Assembly (NCBI GenBank): GCA_036339875.1
Contig: JAYZAC010000121.1
Span: 1 to 11,828, forward strand
Direction: 5' to 3'
Source: a bacterium
GTDB taxonomy: Bacteria > Muiribacteriota > UBA6191
Length of the DNA stretch: 11,828 bases
The notes beneath the pieces were generated by a model. The model made no database searches, had not been told where the DNA came from, and saw nothing but the letters and a program-made list of their open reading frames with translations. Shown here one piece after another: positions 1 through 7,786 of this stretch (positions are counted from its first letter, which is position 1; every line of letters begins with the position of its first letter). The translations under genes and the position numbers were made by a program.

Positions 1-1
1 C

Positions 2-634
2 GGTTGGTCTGGATTCATTGTAACCAAGCCAAACTGCTCGATTCAATCTTATCTTCTGCCTACGTATTTGCTACATCGATATTTTCCTGTAGCTGAAATG
101 GTCGTGCAAACTATGCAAGCAATTAGTGGTGCGGGATACCCAGGGTTGTCAGCGATGCAGATTATGGGTAATGTTGTACCATATATCGATGGAGAGGAGC
201 AGAAATCTGAACAAGAACCACTCAAAATTCTTGGTTCAGTAGAAATGAACGGAATAAAAAATTCTCAATTTCCTAAGATCTCAGCTCATTGTAATCGGGT
301 ACCAACCCTTGATGGTCATATGGCGTGCGTGTCTCTTAGTTTTCAAAATGAAGTTCCCACTATTTCTCAAATTCTGGAGTGTTGGCAGAAAGCACCTATT
401 CTAGATCTACCTTTGGCTCCAAAGAAACCGTTGGTGATTCATACTGATTCAAATCGTCCTCAAGTTTTACTCGATCGTGATGATCAATCTGGTATGTCTG
501 TTCATGTAGGTCGACTAAGAGCTTGCCCAGTTCATCATATTCGATTCGTTGGATTATCGCACAATACTCTACGAGGTGCTGCTGGTGGAGGTTTGTTAAT
601 TGCAGAATTATTGGTGAAAACTAATTTAATTTAA
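2..634 (+). CDS. asd: Aspartate-semialdehyde dehydrogenase, archaeal/eukaryotic-type; 5' end lies outside the window
   Basis: The frame is open from nt 2 (GWSGFIVTKPNCSIQSY, catalytic Cys in PNCS), so the listed start at 68 is internal. Motifs TMQAISGAGYPG, PYIDGEEQK, SAHCNRVPTLDGH and HNTLRGAAGG are present. It sits directly upstream of thrB-thrC. Confidence 0.95.
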   Translation, partial: GWSGFIVTKPNCSIQSYLLPTYLLHRYFPVAEMVVQTMQAISGAGYPGLSAMQIMGNVVPYIDGEEQKSEQEPLKILGSVEMNGIKNSQFPKISAHCNRVPTLDGHMACVSLSFQNEVPTISQILECWQKAPILDLPLAPKKPLVIHTDSNRPQVLLDRDDQSGMSVHVGRLRACPVHHIRFVGLSHNTLRGAAGGGLLIAELLVKTNLI

Positions 635-641
635 TAAGGAG
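635..641 (+). promoter_or_regulatory. Ribosome binding site for thrB
   Basis: TAAGGAG 8 nt upstream of the ATG at 650. Confidence 0.75.
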
Positions 642-649
642 ACTAATCA

Positions 650-1597
650 ATGTCCAGAAATCAGGTAAAAAGTTTTGCTCCAGCTTCAATAGGAAATGTT
701 GGGCCAGGTTTTGATGTTTTCGGTTTGGCTTTGAAGGGGCTTGGAGATCATGTAGTTATGACAAGAACTTCGGAACCTGGAGTTAAAATATTGGGTATTG
801 AGGGAGATTTGGGTAGACTACCACTCGAAGCTGATAAAAATACTGCTGGATTAGCGGCTAGAAATGTTCTTAATCTTTGTAAGCAAAAAGGAGATACATT
901 TGGTGTAGAGCTAATTTTGAAAAAAGGATTACCAATTAATTCTGGACTTGGTTCAAGTGGTGCATCGGCGGCGGCAGCTGCAAGAGCAGTTTCCAAATTA
1001 ACTGAAGTGGAGCTTTTGGATGAAGAACTTTTAGCTGCTTGTGTTGAGGCTGAGGCTGGTGTAGCAGGCTATCATGCTGACAATGTAGCTCCATCATTAC
1101 TTGGTGGTTTCATAATTGTCGAGAGTTATGAACCCTTGACTACTCTTCGTTTAGTACCGCCTGTGGATATTCCCATCGGTATAATCAAACCAGATATTGA
1201 AGTTGCCACTCGAGAAGCACGCGATTTGGTGCCTGAGCTTATTACTATCAACTCAATGATACATAATCTAGCTAGGTCTACTTCCATGGTAGCTCACTTA
1301 TTGCAGGGTGATGTCAAATCATTTGGAAAGGCGATTCGAGATATAATTGTAGAACCCGCTCGAGCCAGTCTGGTGCCAGGATTTTTCGAAGCAAAGCAAA
1401 ATCTTTTAGATGCAGGAGCTCTTGGTTGTAGTTTAAGTGGTTCTGGTCCAAGTTTATTCTACGTAGCACTAGATCGAGACTCTCTTAATTCAATGGCAGC
1501 TGTCGCAATTAGTGCCTTTAACGAGCAAAATATTAAGGCAGACTTTATTTCTACTGGAATAGATATTAACGGTAGTATTGAGGTTATAAATGAATGA
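650..1597 (+). CDS. thrB: Homoserine kinase (GHMP family)
   Basis: APASIGNVGPGFD, GHMP ATP-binding loop PINSGLGSSGASAAA, HADNVAP and LSGSGPS. Lies between asd and thrC. Confidence 0.96.
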   Translation: MSRNQVKSFAPASIGNVGPGFDVFGLALKGLGDHVVMTRTSEPGVKILGIEGDLGRLPLEADKNTAGLAARNVLNLCKQKGDTFGVELILKKGLPINSGLGSSGASAAAAARAVSKLTEVELLDEELLAACVEAEAGVAGYHADNVAPSLLGGFIIVESYEPLTTLRLVPPVDIPIGIIKPDIEVATREARDLVPELITINSMIHNLARSTSMVAHLLQGDVKSFGKAIRDIIVEPARASLVPGFFEAKQNLLDAGALGCSLSGSGPSLFYVALDRDSLNSMAAVAISAFNEQNIKADFISTGIDINGSIEVINE

Positions 1598-2864
1598 TAC
1601 AGCGGTAAAATTACGTTGTTTGAAAACTGGTCAGTTATATAATTCTGATACGGCTAGCTTCTATTCAGAGCATGGTGGTCTCTTCGAGGTTGCTATTGAT
1701 TTTCAGAAAGTTCCTTCATTGGAAGAGTTTGATTGTCGTCTAATGTCACGTAAGTCAATTGATAGGTCTGGAGTTTGGCGTTTCCGTGAGTTAGTGCTTC
1801 CAATTCCAGAAAGTAGAATGTTTTGTAGGGGGGAAGGCAATACGAACTTATATGAACATAAAAACTTAAATCGGTTTTCGTTAGATGCCAAAGTACAATT
1901 AAAACATGAAGGGGAAAATCCAACTGGCTCTTTCAAGGACAGAGGAATGACAACAGCCATTTCCATGGCTAAGCATCTTGGTTACAAAGCAGTTGCTTGT
2001 GCTTCTACGGGTAATACATCAGCTAGTATGGCATCTTACGCAAGGATGGCGGGACTTCTTCCTATAGTACTCATTCCTGATGGCAAGATAAGTACAGGTA
2101 AGCTTTCCCAAGCTCTTGCTTACGGTGCCCTTACCTTGCAAGTTGAAGGTAATTTTGATGATGCTTTAACTGCTGTACAAACGGTATGCTCCGAGCAAGG
2201 AATTTACCTTATGAACTCCTTAAATCCATATCGGATTGAGGGGCAAAAAGCAATTTTGATTGAGGCTTTGCAGCAAAGGGGGTGGGTGGTACCTGATTGG
2301 ATAGTTCTACCCGGTGGTAACCTCGGAAATACTTCAGCTGTCGGTAAGGCATTACGTGAAATGTTGGAGCTTGGGTTGATAAGTAAAGTTCCACGAATTG
2401 CTGTTATTCAAGCTGCCGGAGCGAATCCATTTTACAAAATGTTTCGAGATGATCTTGTACAGTTAAGCCCTATGCAACCCGAGACTTTTGCAACTGCAAT
2501 TCGTATTGGGAATCCTGTAAGTTGGGGGAAAGCTGCGAGAATTATTGAAGAATTACAAGGGGTTGTTCTTGAGCTAGATGAGAAAGAGATAGCTGAGGCT
2601 AAGTGGGAAATAGATCGTTGTGGCATAGGTGCTGAACCTGCTTCTTGTTGTACCCTAGGAGGTATTCGTAAATTGCGAGAACTAGGTCATATGGATTCAG
2701 GGTCTGATGTTCTGGGTATTTTAACTGGACATTTATTGAAGGATCCCGATTCAAACTTGTTTGTTCACACGGAATTGGCTTCGCGCGAATCTTCCGCACC
2801 AATTAAAGTTTCAGCTAAACCTCAAGACATTCTAGATCTCATTTTAAAGCATTTGGACGCCTGA
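1590..2864 (+). CDS. thrC: Threonine synthase (PLP-dependent, fold type II)
   Basis: EGENPTGSFKDRG (PLP lysine), CASTGNTSAS, NSLNPYRIEGQK, PGGNLGN, ATAIRIGNP, EPAS and LTGHLLKDPD. Overlaps thrB by 8 bp (ATGAATGA). Confidence 0.96.
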   Translation: MNDTAVKLRCLKTGQLYNSDTASFYSEHGGLFEVAIDFQKVPSLEEFDCRLMSRKSIDRSGVWRFRELVLPIPESRMFCRGEGNTNLYEHKNLNRFSLDAKVQLKHEGENPTGSFKDRGMTTAISMAKHLGYKAVACASTGNTSASMASYARMAGLLPIVLIPDGKISTGKLSQALAYGALTLQVEGNFDDALTAVQTVCSEQGIYLMNSLNPYRIEGQKAILIEALQQRGWVVPDWIVLPGGNLGNTSAVGKALREMLELGLISKVPRIAVIQAAGANPFYKMFRDDLVQLSPMQPETFATAIRIGNPVSWGKAARIIEELQGVVLELDEKEIAEAKWEIDRCGIGAEPASCCTLGGIRKLRELGHMDSGSDVLGILTGHLLKDPDSNLFVHTELASRESSAPIKVSAKPQDILDLILKHLDA

Positions 2865-2882
2865 TCTTGTGTTGGAGCCCTG

Positions 2883-3836
2883 TTGAGAATTAAATTAGGT
2901 TTAAAGACTGAGGCTACTTGGAGTACCGGATTTGGGCATCTGAAACGACTACAAAATCTAGTAGATAATTGGAATAATGTTGAACCTTTATTTATAAGTT
3001 CTGAAATTCTTCCTACACTTAAATATAACAGTTTTCAAGTACAATCAGCTTCGGATTTCGCTGAAGTTATTCGCGATTTAGATATGCTTATAATTGATGA
3101 ACCTGAATTGAGTTCGGAGTTTTTAGAATCGATATCAGCAGACTGTAAAGTAATAGGTTTTGATGAGTTAGGATTGTTGCGAGATCGATTAAACATTCAT
3201 TTCGCCACAACATTACTAGGTCTTGAAAATCGTATACAGTATAGGGGCATCACCAAAGAGTATATTGGTCCTGATTATTTTATCTTCCCCAAACCAGAAT
3301 CAGCTGCACAGGTAGAATGTAACCGCAAGATTTTAGTAACTTTTGGAGGTAGTGACCCTGTAGGGCTGAGTCAACAATATTTGGAAGCAATGTCATTAGA
3401 AATTCTTCAAAGTAGCTTGATGGTAATAGGTCCGGCCTTTTCTTCTTCTGCAAAACAAAAGTTACTAGAGTGCACTCATTTGTCCTTTTTAGACTCTCCA
3501 GTTAGTTTAGTTCCGTATTATCAAGTTTATCCAATCACCGTAACAGGAGGAGGCGTTAGTGCATATGAAGCTATTCTATACGGATCAAAAGTACTACTTT
3601 GTTCTCAACATTGCGAGCAGGCATCTACAGCTCAAAGGTTAGTCAAAAAATGTGCTGCATTAGAATTTGATACATATCCAAACGTGAAATGGTCAGACTT
3701 AAAGTCATTATTGACGAAATATATTCAAGAAGACTCTGAGATAGTGTTACCCTCGGGGCAGTCGCTTTTCGACGGACAGGGTGTTTTCAGGGTTCGTAAA
3801 ATATTGGAGGAATATGCCCAATCTGAAGGCCTATAA
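2883..3836 (+). CDS. PseG/SpsG-like GT-B fold protein (putative nucleotide-sugar hydrolase or glycosyltransferase)
   Basis: N-terminal GFGHLKR (GxGHxxR), YIGPDY, ILVTFGGSDP, VIGPAF, GGGVSAYE and C-terminal DGQGVFRV. TTG start with GGAG at 2874-2877. Confidence 0.7.
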   Translation: MRIKLGLKTEATWSTGFGHLKRLQNLVDNWNNVEPLFISSEILPTLKYNSFQVQSASDFAEVIRDLDMLIIDEPELSSEFLESISADCKVIGFDELGLLRDRLNIHFATTLLGLENRIQYRGITKEYIGPDYFIFPKPESAAQVECNRKILVTFGGSDPVGLSQQYLEAMSLEILQSSLMVIGPAFSSSAKQKLLECTHLSFLDSPVSLVPYYQVYPITVTGGGVSAYEAILYGSKVLLCSQHCEQASTAQRLVKKCAALEFDTYPNVKWSDLKSLLTKYIQEDSEIVLPSGQSLFDGQGVFRVRKILEEYAQSEGL

Positions 3837-4737
3837 AGATTCTCAAGTAGAATGTCCCGTGGCACCCTATACCCTTTTTGTAGAGCCCACTAATCACTGT
3901 AACCTTAAATGTACTTTTTGCCCTCAGAAGGATCAGAAACGTTCTTTAGGATTTTTGGATATAGGCTTGTTTCGCGAGTTAACAGAAGAAGCCGCGAAGA
4001 TAGGAGTTCGTAAGTTTAATCTATTCTTCTTGGGAGAAAGCTTAATGCATAAATCGCTTTTCGAGATGATTCGACTAGCAAAAAGTAATGGTATTCAAAC
4101 TCGTCTGAACACCAACGCATCATTCCTGGATAACAAGCGTGCGGAAGAATTACTTGAAACGGGATTAGATTTACTGACTGTAAGCTTTGAAGGAGTCAAC
4201 AAAGAGATCTATGAGAGGCTCAGAGTTAAAGGAAACTTTGAAAAAACTTCGTCTAATATCAAGAATGTTATCAAGTTAAAACATCGTAAAAAATCGGATA
4301 CACAAATTTCTATAGAAATTATAGATTTGCCGGAAACTGCCCCTTACATGAATGACTTTACGAAAACAATGCAGAGCTATGGGCCAGATGAAATTGTGAC
4401 TAAAGTTTATCGCAATTGGATAGGATATCTTAAAGCACAGAAGAACCTATCTCTAGAGGATCATTACAACGTATGTTCTTATCCTTGGCGCTCTATGGCA
4501 TTACTTTGGGATGGAACATTCGTACCATGCTGTGTTGATTATGATGGCAGTTATCCCTTAGGTAATGCCAAGGAAGGTATTATGAATGCTTGGAACGGGG
4601 AGCCGATGAAAAAACTCAGGCAGTATTTAATTGACCGCAAGAGTGATTTGCGTAAACATCATGGACAACGCGAATGTCACGGTTTATGCTCTGTTTGTGA
4701 TATTCCTTTCCAGGCTGATGATCATAGAGTTCAGTAA
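3814..4737 (+). CDS. Radical SAM protein with C-terminal SPASM/Twitch auxiliary Fe-S domain
   Basis: EPTNHCNLKCTFC (CX3CX2C, 3898-3921), LGESLMH, LNTNA and VSFEG. C-terminal CSYPW...DGTFVPCC...LGN...CHGLCSVC. Start placed at ATG 3814 (GGAGG at 3806-3810, short spacing) rather than GTG 3781. Confidence 0.88.
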   Translation: MPNLKAYKDSQVECPVAPYTLFVEPTNHCNLKCTFCPQKDQKRSLGFLDIGLFRELTEEAAKIGVRKFNLFFLGESLMHKSLFEMIRLAKSNGIQTRLNTNASFLDNKRAEELLETGLDLLTVSFEGVNKEIYERLRVKGNFEKTSSNIKNVIKLKHRKKSDTQISIEIIDLPETAPYMNDFTKTMQSYGPDEIVTKVYRNWIGYLKAQKNLSLEDHYNVCSYPWRSMALLWDGTFVPCCVDYDGSYPLGNAKEGIMNAWNGEPMKKLRQYLIDRKSDLRKHHGQRECHGLCSVCDIPFQADDHRVQ

Positions 4738-4743
4738 AAGGCT

Positions 4744-5676
4744 GTGATGCGAATTCTTTTGATGAGTACAGGACGCAGGGTTACTCTAATAAAGCGTTTG
4801 CGTCAAACTGCAGCCAGAATGAAATTGAATTTACATATTACAGGGACCGAGATTTATCCTTGGACTCCTTCCTTAAAGTTTTGTGATTCCTATCATATAG
4901 TCGATAAAACGTTCTCTGAAAAGCACTTGAACCAACTCGAGGAAATTATCCAAGATGAAAAACTGGATGCTGTTCTACCTGGTAATGACTATGATCTAGC
5001 ATTCCTACAGCAGGTTCGGTCACGGCCAGTATGGCAGTCTTTACAAATTCTAGATGCTGGCGCTAATCAAGGCCTGTTTTTAAGTAAAAATGAGTCTGCT
5101 GATTTCTTTAAGTCGATTAACCTAAGAGTTCCTACTATTTACAAACGACCCCAAGATGGTCAGGGAACCATGATACTGAAAGAGGACAGGGGGCATGGCT
5201 CGATTAACCAGTATGTTGTGAAAGATTGTGATAGTGCCTCAAGACATTGGAATGATCTTAAGCAGCCTTTTCTGCAGGAGTTTGTTGAGGGAATTGAGTA
5301 CACAATTGATATTTTTAGTTCTGAAGATTATCAAACTATAAACTTTTGTCCTAGAATTCGAAGGAAAGTTCGAGCAGGGGTATCAGATGTTGGTGAAGTT
5401 CATCTAAATCCAGATTTAATGGATCTTTTGCTTGCTAAATTACCGCTATTTAAACTTCGAGGTCCATGGAATTTACAATGCATTCTACGTGATTCGGAAT
5501 TTTATTTTTTAGAAGTGAACCCTAGATTTTCTGGTGGTATACCACTAAGTATTGAAGCAGGTTGTGACCTAGTTCAAAATCTTATTGAGTGGTATTTGGG
5601 TGAGCCTTTGACTAAGTTTGGTAAGTTAAAGGACGGACTTATTATGATGAAATATGAACAAGAGTTGTTTGTTTAG
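4744..5676 (+). CDS. ATP-grasp protein, carbamoyl-phosphate-synthase-like family often found in polysaccharide loci
   Basis: N-terminal ILLMSTGRRVTL, ILK..GHGS loop, LQEFVEGIEYTID, PRIR, GPWNLQ and FLEVNPRFSGG. Start is GTG 4744 or ATG 4747. Confidence 0.82.
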   Translation: MMRILLMSTGRRVTLIKRLRQTAARMKLNLHITGTEIYPWTPSLKFCDSYHIVDKTFSEKHLNQLEEIIQDEKLDAVLPGNDYDLAFLQQVRSRPVWQSLQILDAGANQGLFLSKNESADFFKSINLRVPTIYKRPQDGQGTMILKEDRGHGSINQYVVKDCDSASRHWNDLKQPFLQEFVEGIEYTIDIFSSEDYQTINFCPRIRRKVRAGVSDVGEVHLNPDLMDLLLAKLPLFKLRGPWNLQCILRDSEFYFLEVNPRFSGGIPLSIEAGCDLVQNLIEWYLGEPLTKFGKLKDGLIMMKYEQELFV

Positions 5677-5687
5677 AGTCGAACAGT

Positions 5688-5716
5688 TTGACAGGCGCCA
5701 TTTACTGCTTTAGTAT
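5688..5716 (+). promoter_or_regulatory. Putative sigma70 promoter for pyrBIEF
   Basis: Perfect TTGACA (5688-5693), 17-nt spacer and TAGTAT (5711-5716), in the largest intergenic gap of the + strand run. Confidence 0.65.
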
Positions 5717-5745
5717 CGCAATCTCGAGAGGTTGACAAAAAAAGT
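5707..5745 (+). promoter_or_regulatory. PyrR-binding-loop-like RNA hairpin upstream of pyrB
   Basis: AATCTCGAGAGGTT (5720-5733) matches ARUCCNGNGAGGYU at 13/14. Upper stem CAAUC/GGUUG closes hexaloop UCGAGA. A lower stem GCUUU (5707-5711)/AAAGU (5741-5745) is possible, with CUUUAG resembling the CUUUAA motif. It lies immediately upstream of a pyr operon. Confidence 0.55.
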
Positions 5746-5763
5746 CTTTAGAAAGGGGTTTAT

Positions 5764-6690
5764 GTGCTCTCCTCAAAGGATATTATTTCGATCAAGGATT
5801 TGTCTCGAGAAGCAATACTAAACATTCTTGATACCACTGACCAATTATTGGATGATGAAACCAAGTATGAAACAATGCGTGGAAAAATCTTGGCTACGGT
5901 CTTCTATGAAACATCGACGAGAACAAAAATTTCGTTCAATGTAGCTATGAAACGTCTAGGAGGAAATGTAATAGGCTTCTCTCATTTAAAGAATTCTTCT
6001 TTTCTTAAGGGTGAGTCGTTTTACGATACTTTAAAGATTCTGGAGGGCTATTGTGACATTATGGCTCTGAGAGCTCCTTGGGAAGGCGCTGCTAGATACG
6101 CTGGAGAGATCGTTCAAGTACCTGTAATAAATGCAGGTGACGGAGCTAATCAACATCCTACGCAAACTTTGTTAGATCTCTATACAATTCGTAGAACTCA
6201 GGGTCGTTTAGACAATCTAAAAATTGGTTTGTTAGGCGATTTGAAATACGGTAGAACTGTTCACTCACTATTATTAGGTCTCGGATTATTTAATGTAGAG
6301 TTGTTCTTAATAAGTCCAAAACAATTGAAAATTCCTAATCGCTATCAGCGTTATTTGGAGAATCGAGAGATTAGGTATCACCAGATGCCAGACTATCGTG
6401 CAATTCTCAAAGAACTGGATATTTTGTATGTTACAAGAGTACAAAAAGAGCGATTTGCCGACGAAATCGAGTATGCGCAGCTCAAGGATAGCTACATTCT
6501 GACTCGTTCTGAATTGAAAGGTGTGCGAGAAAATTTAAGGGTCTTACACCCCTTACCACGAGTTAATGAGATTGCTACTGATGTAGATGAATCACCACAC
6601 GCAGCATATTTTGAGCAGGCTAAATATGGTGTTAATGTGCGAGAAGCACTTATTTACATGTTAATGAAAGCCGGGAAGGGCATGTCATGA
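5764..6690 (+). CDS. pyrB: Aspartate carbamoyltransferase catalytic subunit
   Basis: FYETSTRT, KGES, INAGDGANQHPTQTLLD, GDLKYGRTVHSL, TRVQKER and HPLPR. GTG start with AAAGGGG RBS at 5752-5758. Confidence 0.97.
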   Translation: MLSSKDIISIKDLSREAILNILDTTDQLLDDETKYETMRGKILATVFYETSTRTKISFNVAMKRLGGNVIGFSHLKNSSFLKGESFYDTLKILEGYCDIMALRAPWEGAARYAGEIVQVPVINAGDGANQHPTQTLLDLYTIRRTQGRLDNLKIGLLGDLKYGRTVHSLLLGLGLFNVELFLISPKQLKIPNRYQRYLENREIRYHQMPDYRAILKELDILYVTRVQKERFADEIEYAQLKDSYILTRSELKGVRENLRVLHPLPRVNEIATDVDESPHAAYFEQAKYGVNVREALIYMLMKAGKGMS

Positions 6691-7142
6691 AGCAAATTGA
6701 TTTTATTCAAAATGGAACTGTGATAGATCATATCAAAGCTGGTGAGTCCTTCAAAGTTTTAGAAGTTTTACAGATGATTGAACATATCAGCGAGGGTCAG
6801 TGTAAGGTGATGATTGGTTGTAACTTTGATAGTGGAGTTATAAGTAGAAAAGATATTATTAAAATTAGTGGTGGTTTCCTAACGCAGAAGGAGGTTAATC
6901 AAGTGAGTTTGATAGCTCCTCGAGCCACTGTATCAATCATTAGAAATTCTAGAATTATAGATAAGTATAAACTTCAGGTTGAATCCGAACTACACAATAT
7001 CATCGCCTGCAGAAATCCTAATTGCATTACCAATGTCGAATCTATGCCTACAAGGTTTCATACTTTGTCTGCAGATGCTGGTGAGTTCCAATGTCATTAC
7101 TGTGAAGTAATTATGGAAAAGGAAGATTTGAGGTTCGTATAA
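6687..7142 (+). CDS. pyrI: Aspartate carbamoyltransferase regulatory subunit
   Basis: IQNGTVIDHI, KDIIKI, LIAPRATVSII and Zn ligands CRNPNC...CHYC. ATGA overlap with pyrB. Confidence 0.96.
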   Translation: MKQIDFIQNGTVIDHIKAGESFKVLEVLQMIEHISEGQCKVMIGCNFDSGVISRKDIIKISGGFLTQKEVNQVSLIAPRATVSIIRNSRIIDKYKLQVESELHNIIACRNPNCITNVESMPTRFHTLSADAGEFQCHYCEVIMEKEDLRFV

Positions 7143-7786
7143 TGGATAAGACCTCTCTAGCATTAGACTTCCTCTCAACAAAGGCTGTTAAGTTAAATCC
7201 AGAGTCTCCCTACTTATATGCGAGTGGGATGCATGGTCCAATATATTGTGATAATCGTTTGCTTATGTCCTATCCCATAATACGGAGACGATTTACCAAG
7301 GCTTTACGTGAATTATCGCAAAAAATTACTTTTCAGGTTGTTGGCGCCACAGCTACAGCAGGAATACCTCATGGTGCGTGGCTGGCAGAGAGCTTAAATT
7401 TACCATTAATATACGTGAGAGGAGCTAGTAAAAGCCACGGTAGTTGCAAGCGTGTAGAGGGAGCCTTCCAATCATGTGCTAAAGTTTTGTTGATAGAAGA
7501 TTTAGTTACCACAGGGATGAGTAGTCTCTCAGCAGTAGAAGCCTTGAGGTTAGAGGGTTTAAAGGTAGATACTGTAATCAGCCTTTTTCAATACGGTCTT
7601 CCAGAGGTTCAGAATCGTTTTAGTGAAGCTAATGTTGAGCTCTACTCAGTATTAACTTTGGACGAATTACTCGATGAGGCAGCTAAGGTAGGTAGTTTAA
7701 GTAATTCTCAGATTTCCGCTATTAAAACTTGGCAAAAAAACCCTGTTCAATGGAATGAAAGATTTCTTTCTGGGATGCAACGATGA
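7142..7786 (+). CDS. pyrE: Orotate phosphoribosyltransferase
   Basis: ASG..GPIYCDNR, ATAGIPHG, YVRGASKSHG and PRPP-binding LIEDLVTTGMS. TAATG overlap with pyrI. Confidence 0.95.
   Translation: MDKTSLALDFLSTKAVKLNPESPYLYASGMHGPIYCDNRLLMSYPIIRRRFTKALRELSQKITFQVVGATATAGIPHGAWLAESLNLPLIYVRGASKSHGSCKRVEGAFQSCAKVLLIEDLVTTGMSSLSAVEALRLEGLKVDTVISLFQYGLPEVQNRFSEANVELYSVLTLDELLDEAAKVGSLSNSQISAIKTWQKNPVQWNERFLSGMQR

Noticed and set aside
748..2802. Short antisense ORFs (748-996, 1693-1923, 1703-1966, 2209-2394, 2432-2626, 2599-2802)
   Set aside because: They lie entirely opposite the well-supported thrB/thrC and have no recognisable motifs, so they are shadow ORFs.
3781..3813. GTG start at 3781 for the radical SAM gene
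   Set aside because: It would create a 56-bp overlap. ATG 3814 is preceded by GGAGG and is preferred, though the spacing is short.
5732..5737. Second TTGACA in the pyrB leader
   Set aside because: There is no -10 element at 16-18 nt (the RBS is there). It is better explained as the 3' arm of the hairpin.
2865..5763. RiPP cluster or mobile island interpretation of the radical SAM + ATP-grasp cassette
   Set aside because: There is no precursor peptide, RRE, transporter, integrase or flanking repeat, and no compositional shift is obvious by eye.
5722..5810. Palindrome TCTCGAGA at 5722-5729 and 5803-5810, plus ATCTCGA upstream of pyrD, considered as a shared operator
   Set aside because: The matches are only 7-8 bp, one copy is coding, and the pyrD leader does not form the PyrR-like hairpin. 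Chance is sufficient.
5762..5821. Out-of-frame 19-codon ORF (MCSPQRILFRSRICLEKQY) overlapping the pyrB start, considered as a pyrL-like leader
   Set aside because: It lies inside pyrB, the RBS spacing is poor and there is no attenuator.
6990..7181. 63-aa antisense ORF
   Set aside because: Shadow of pyrI/pyrE with no support.
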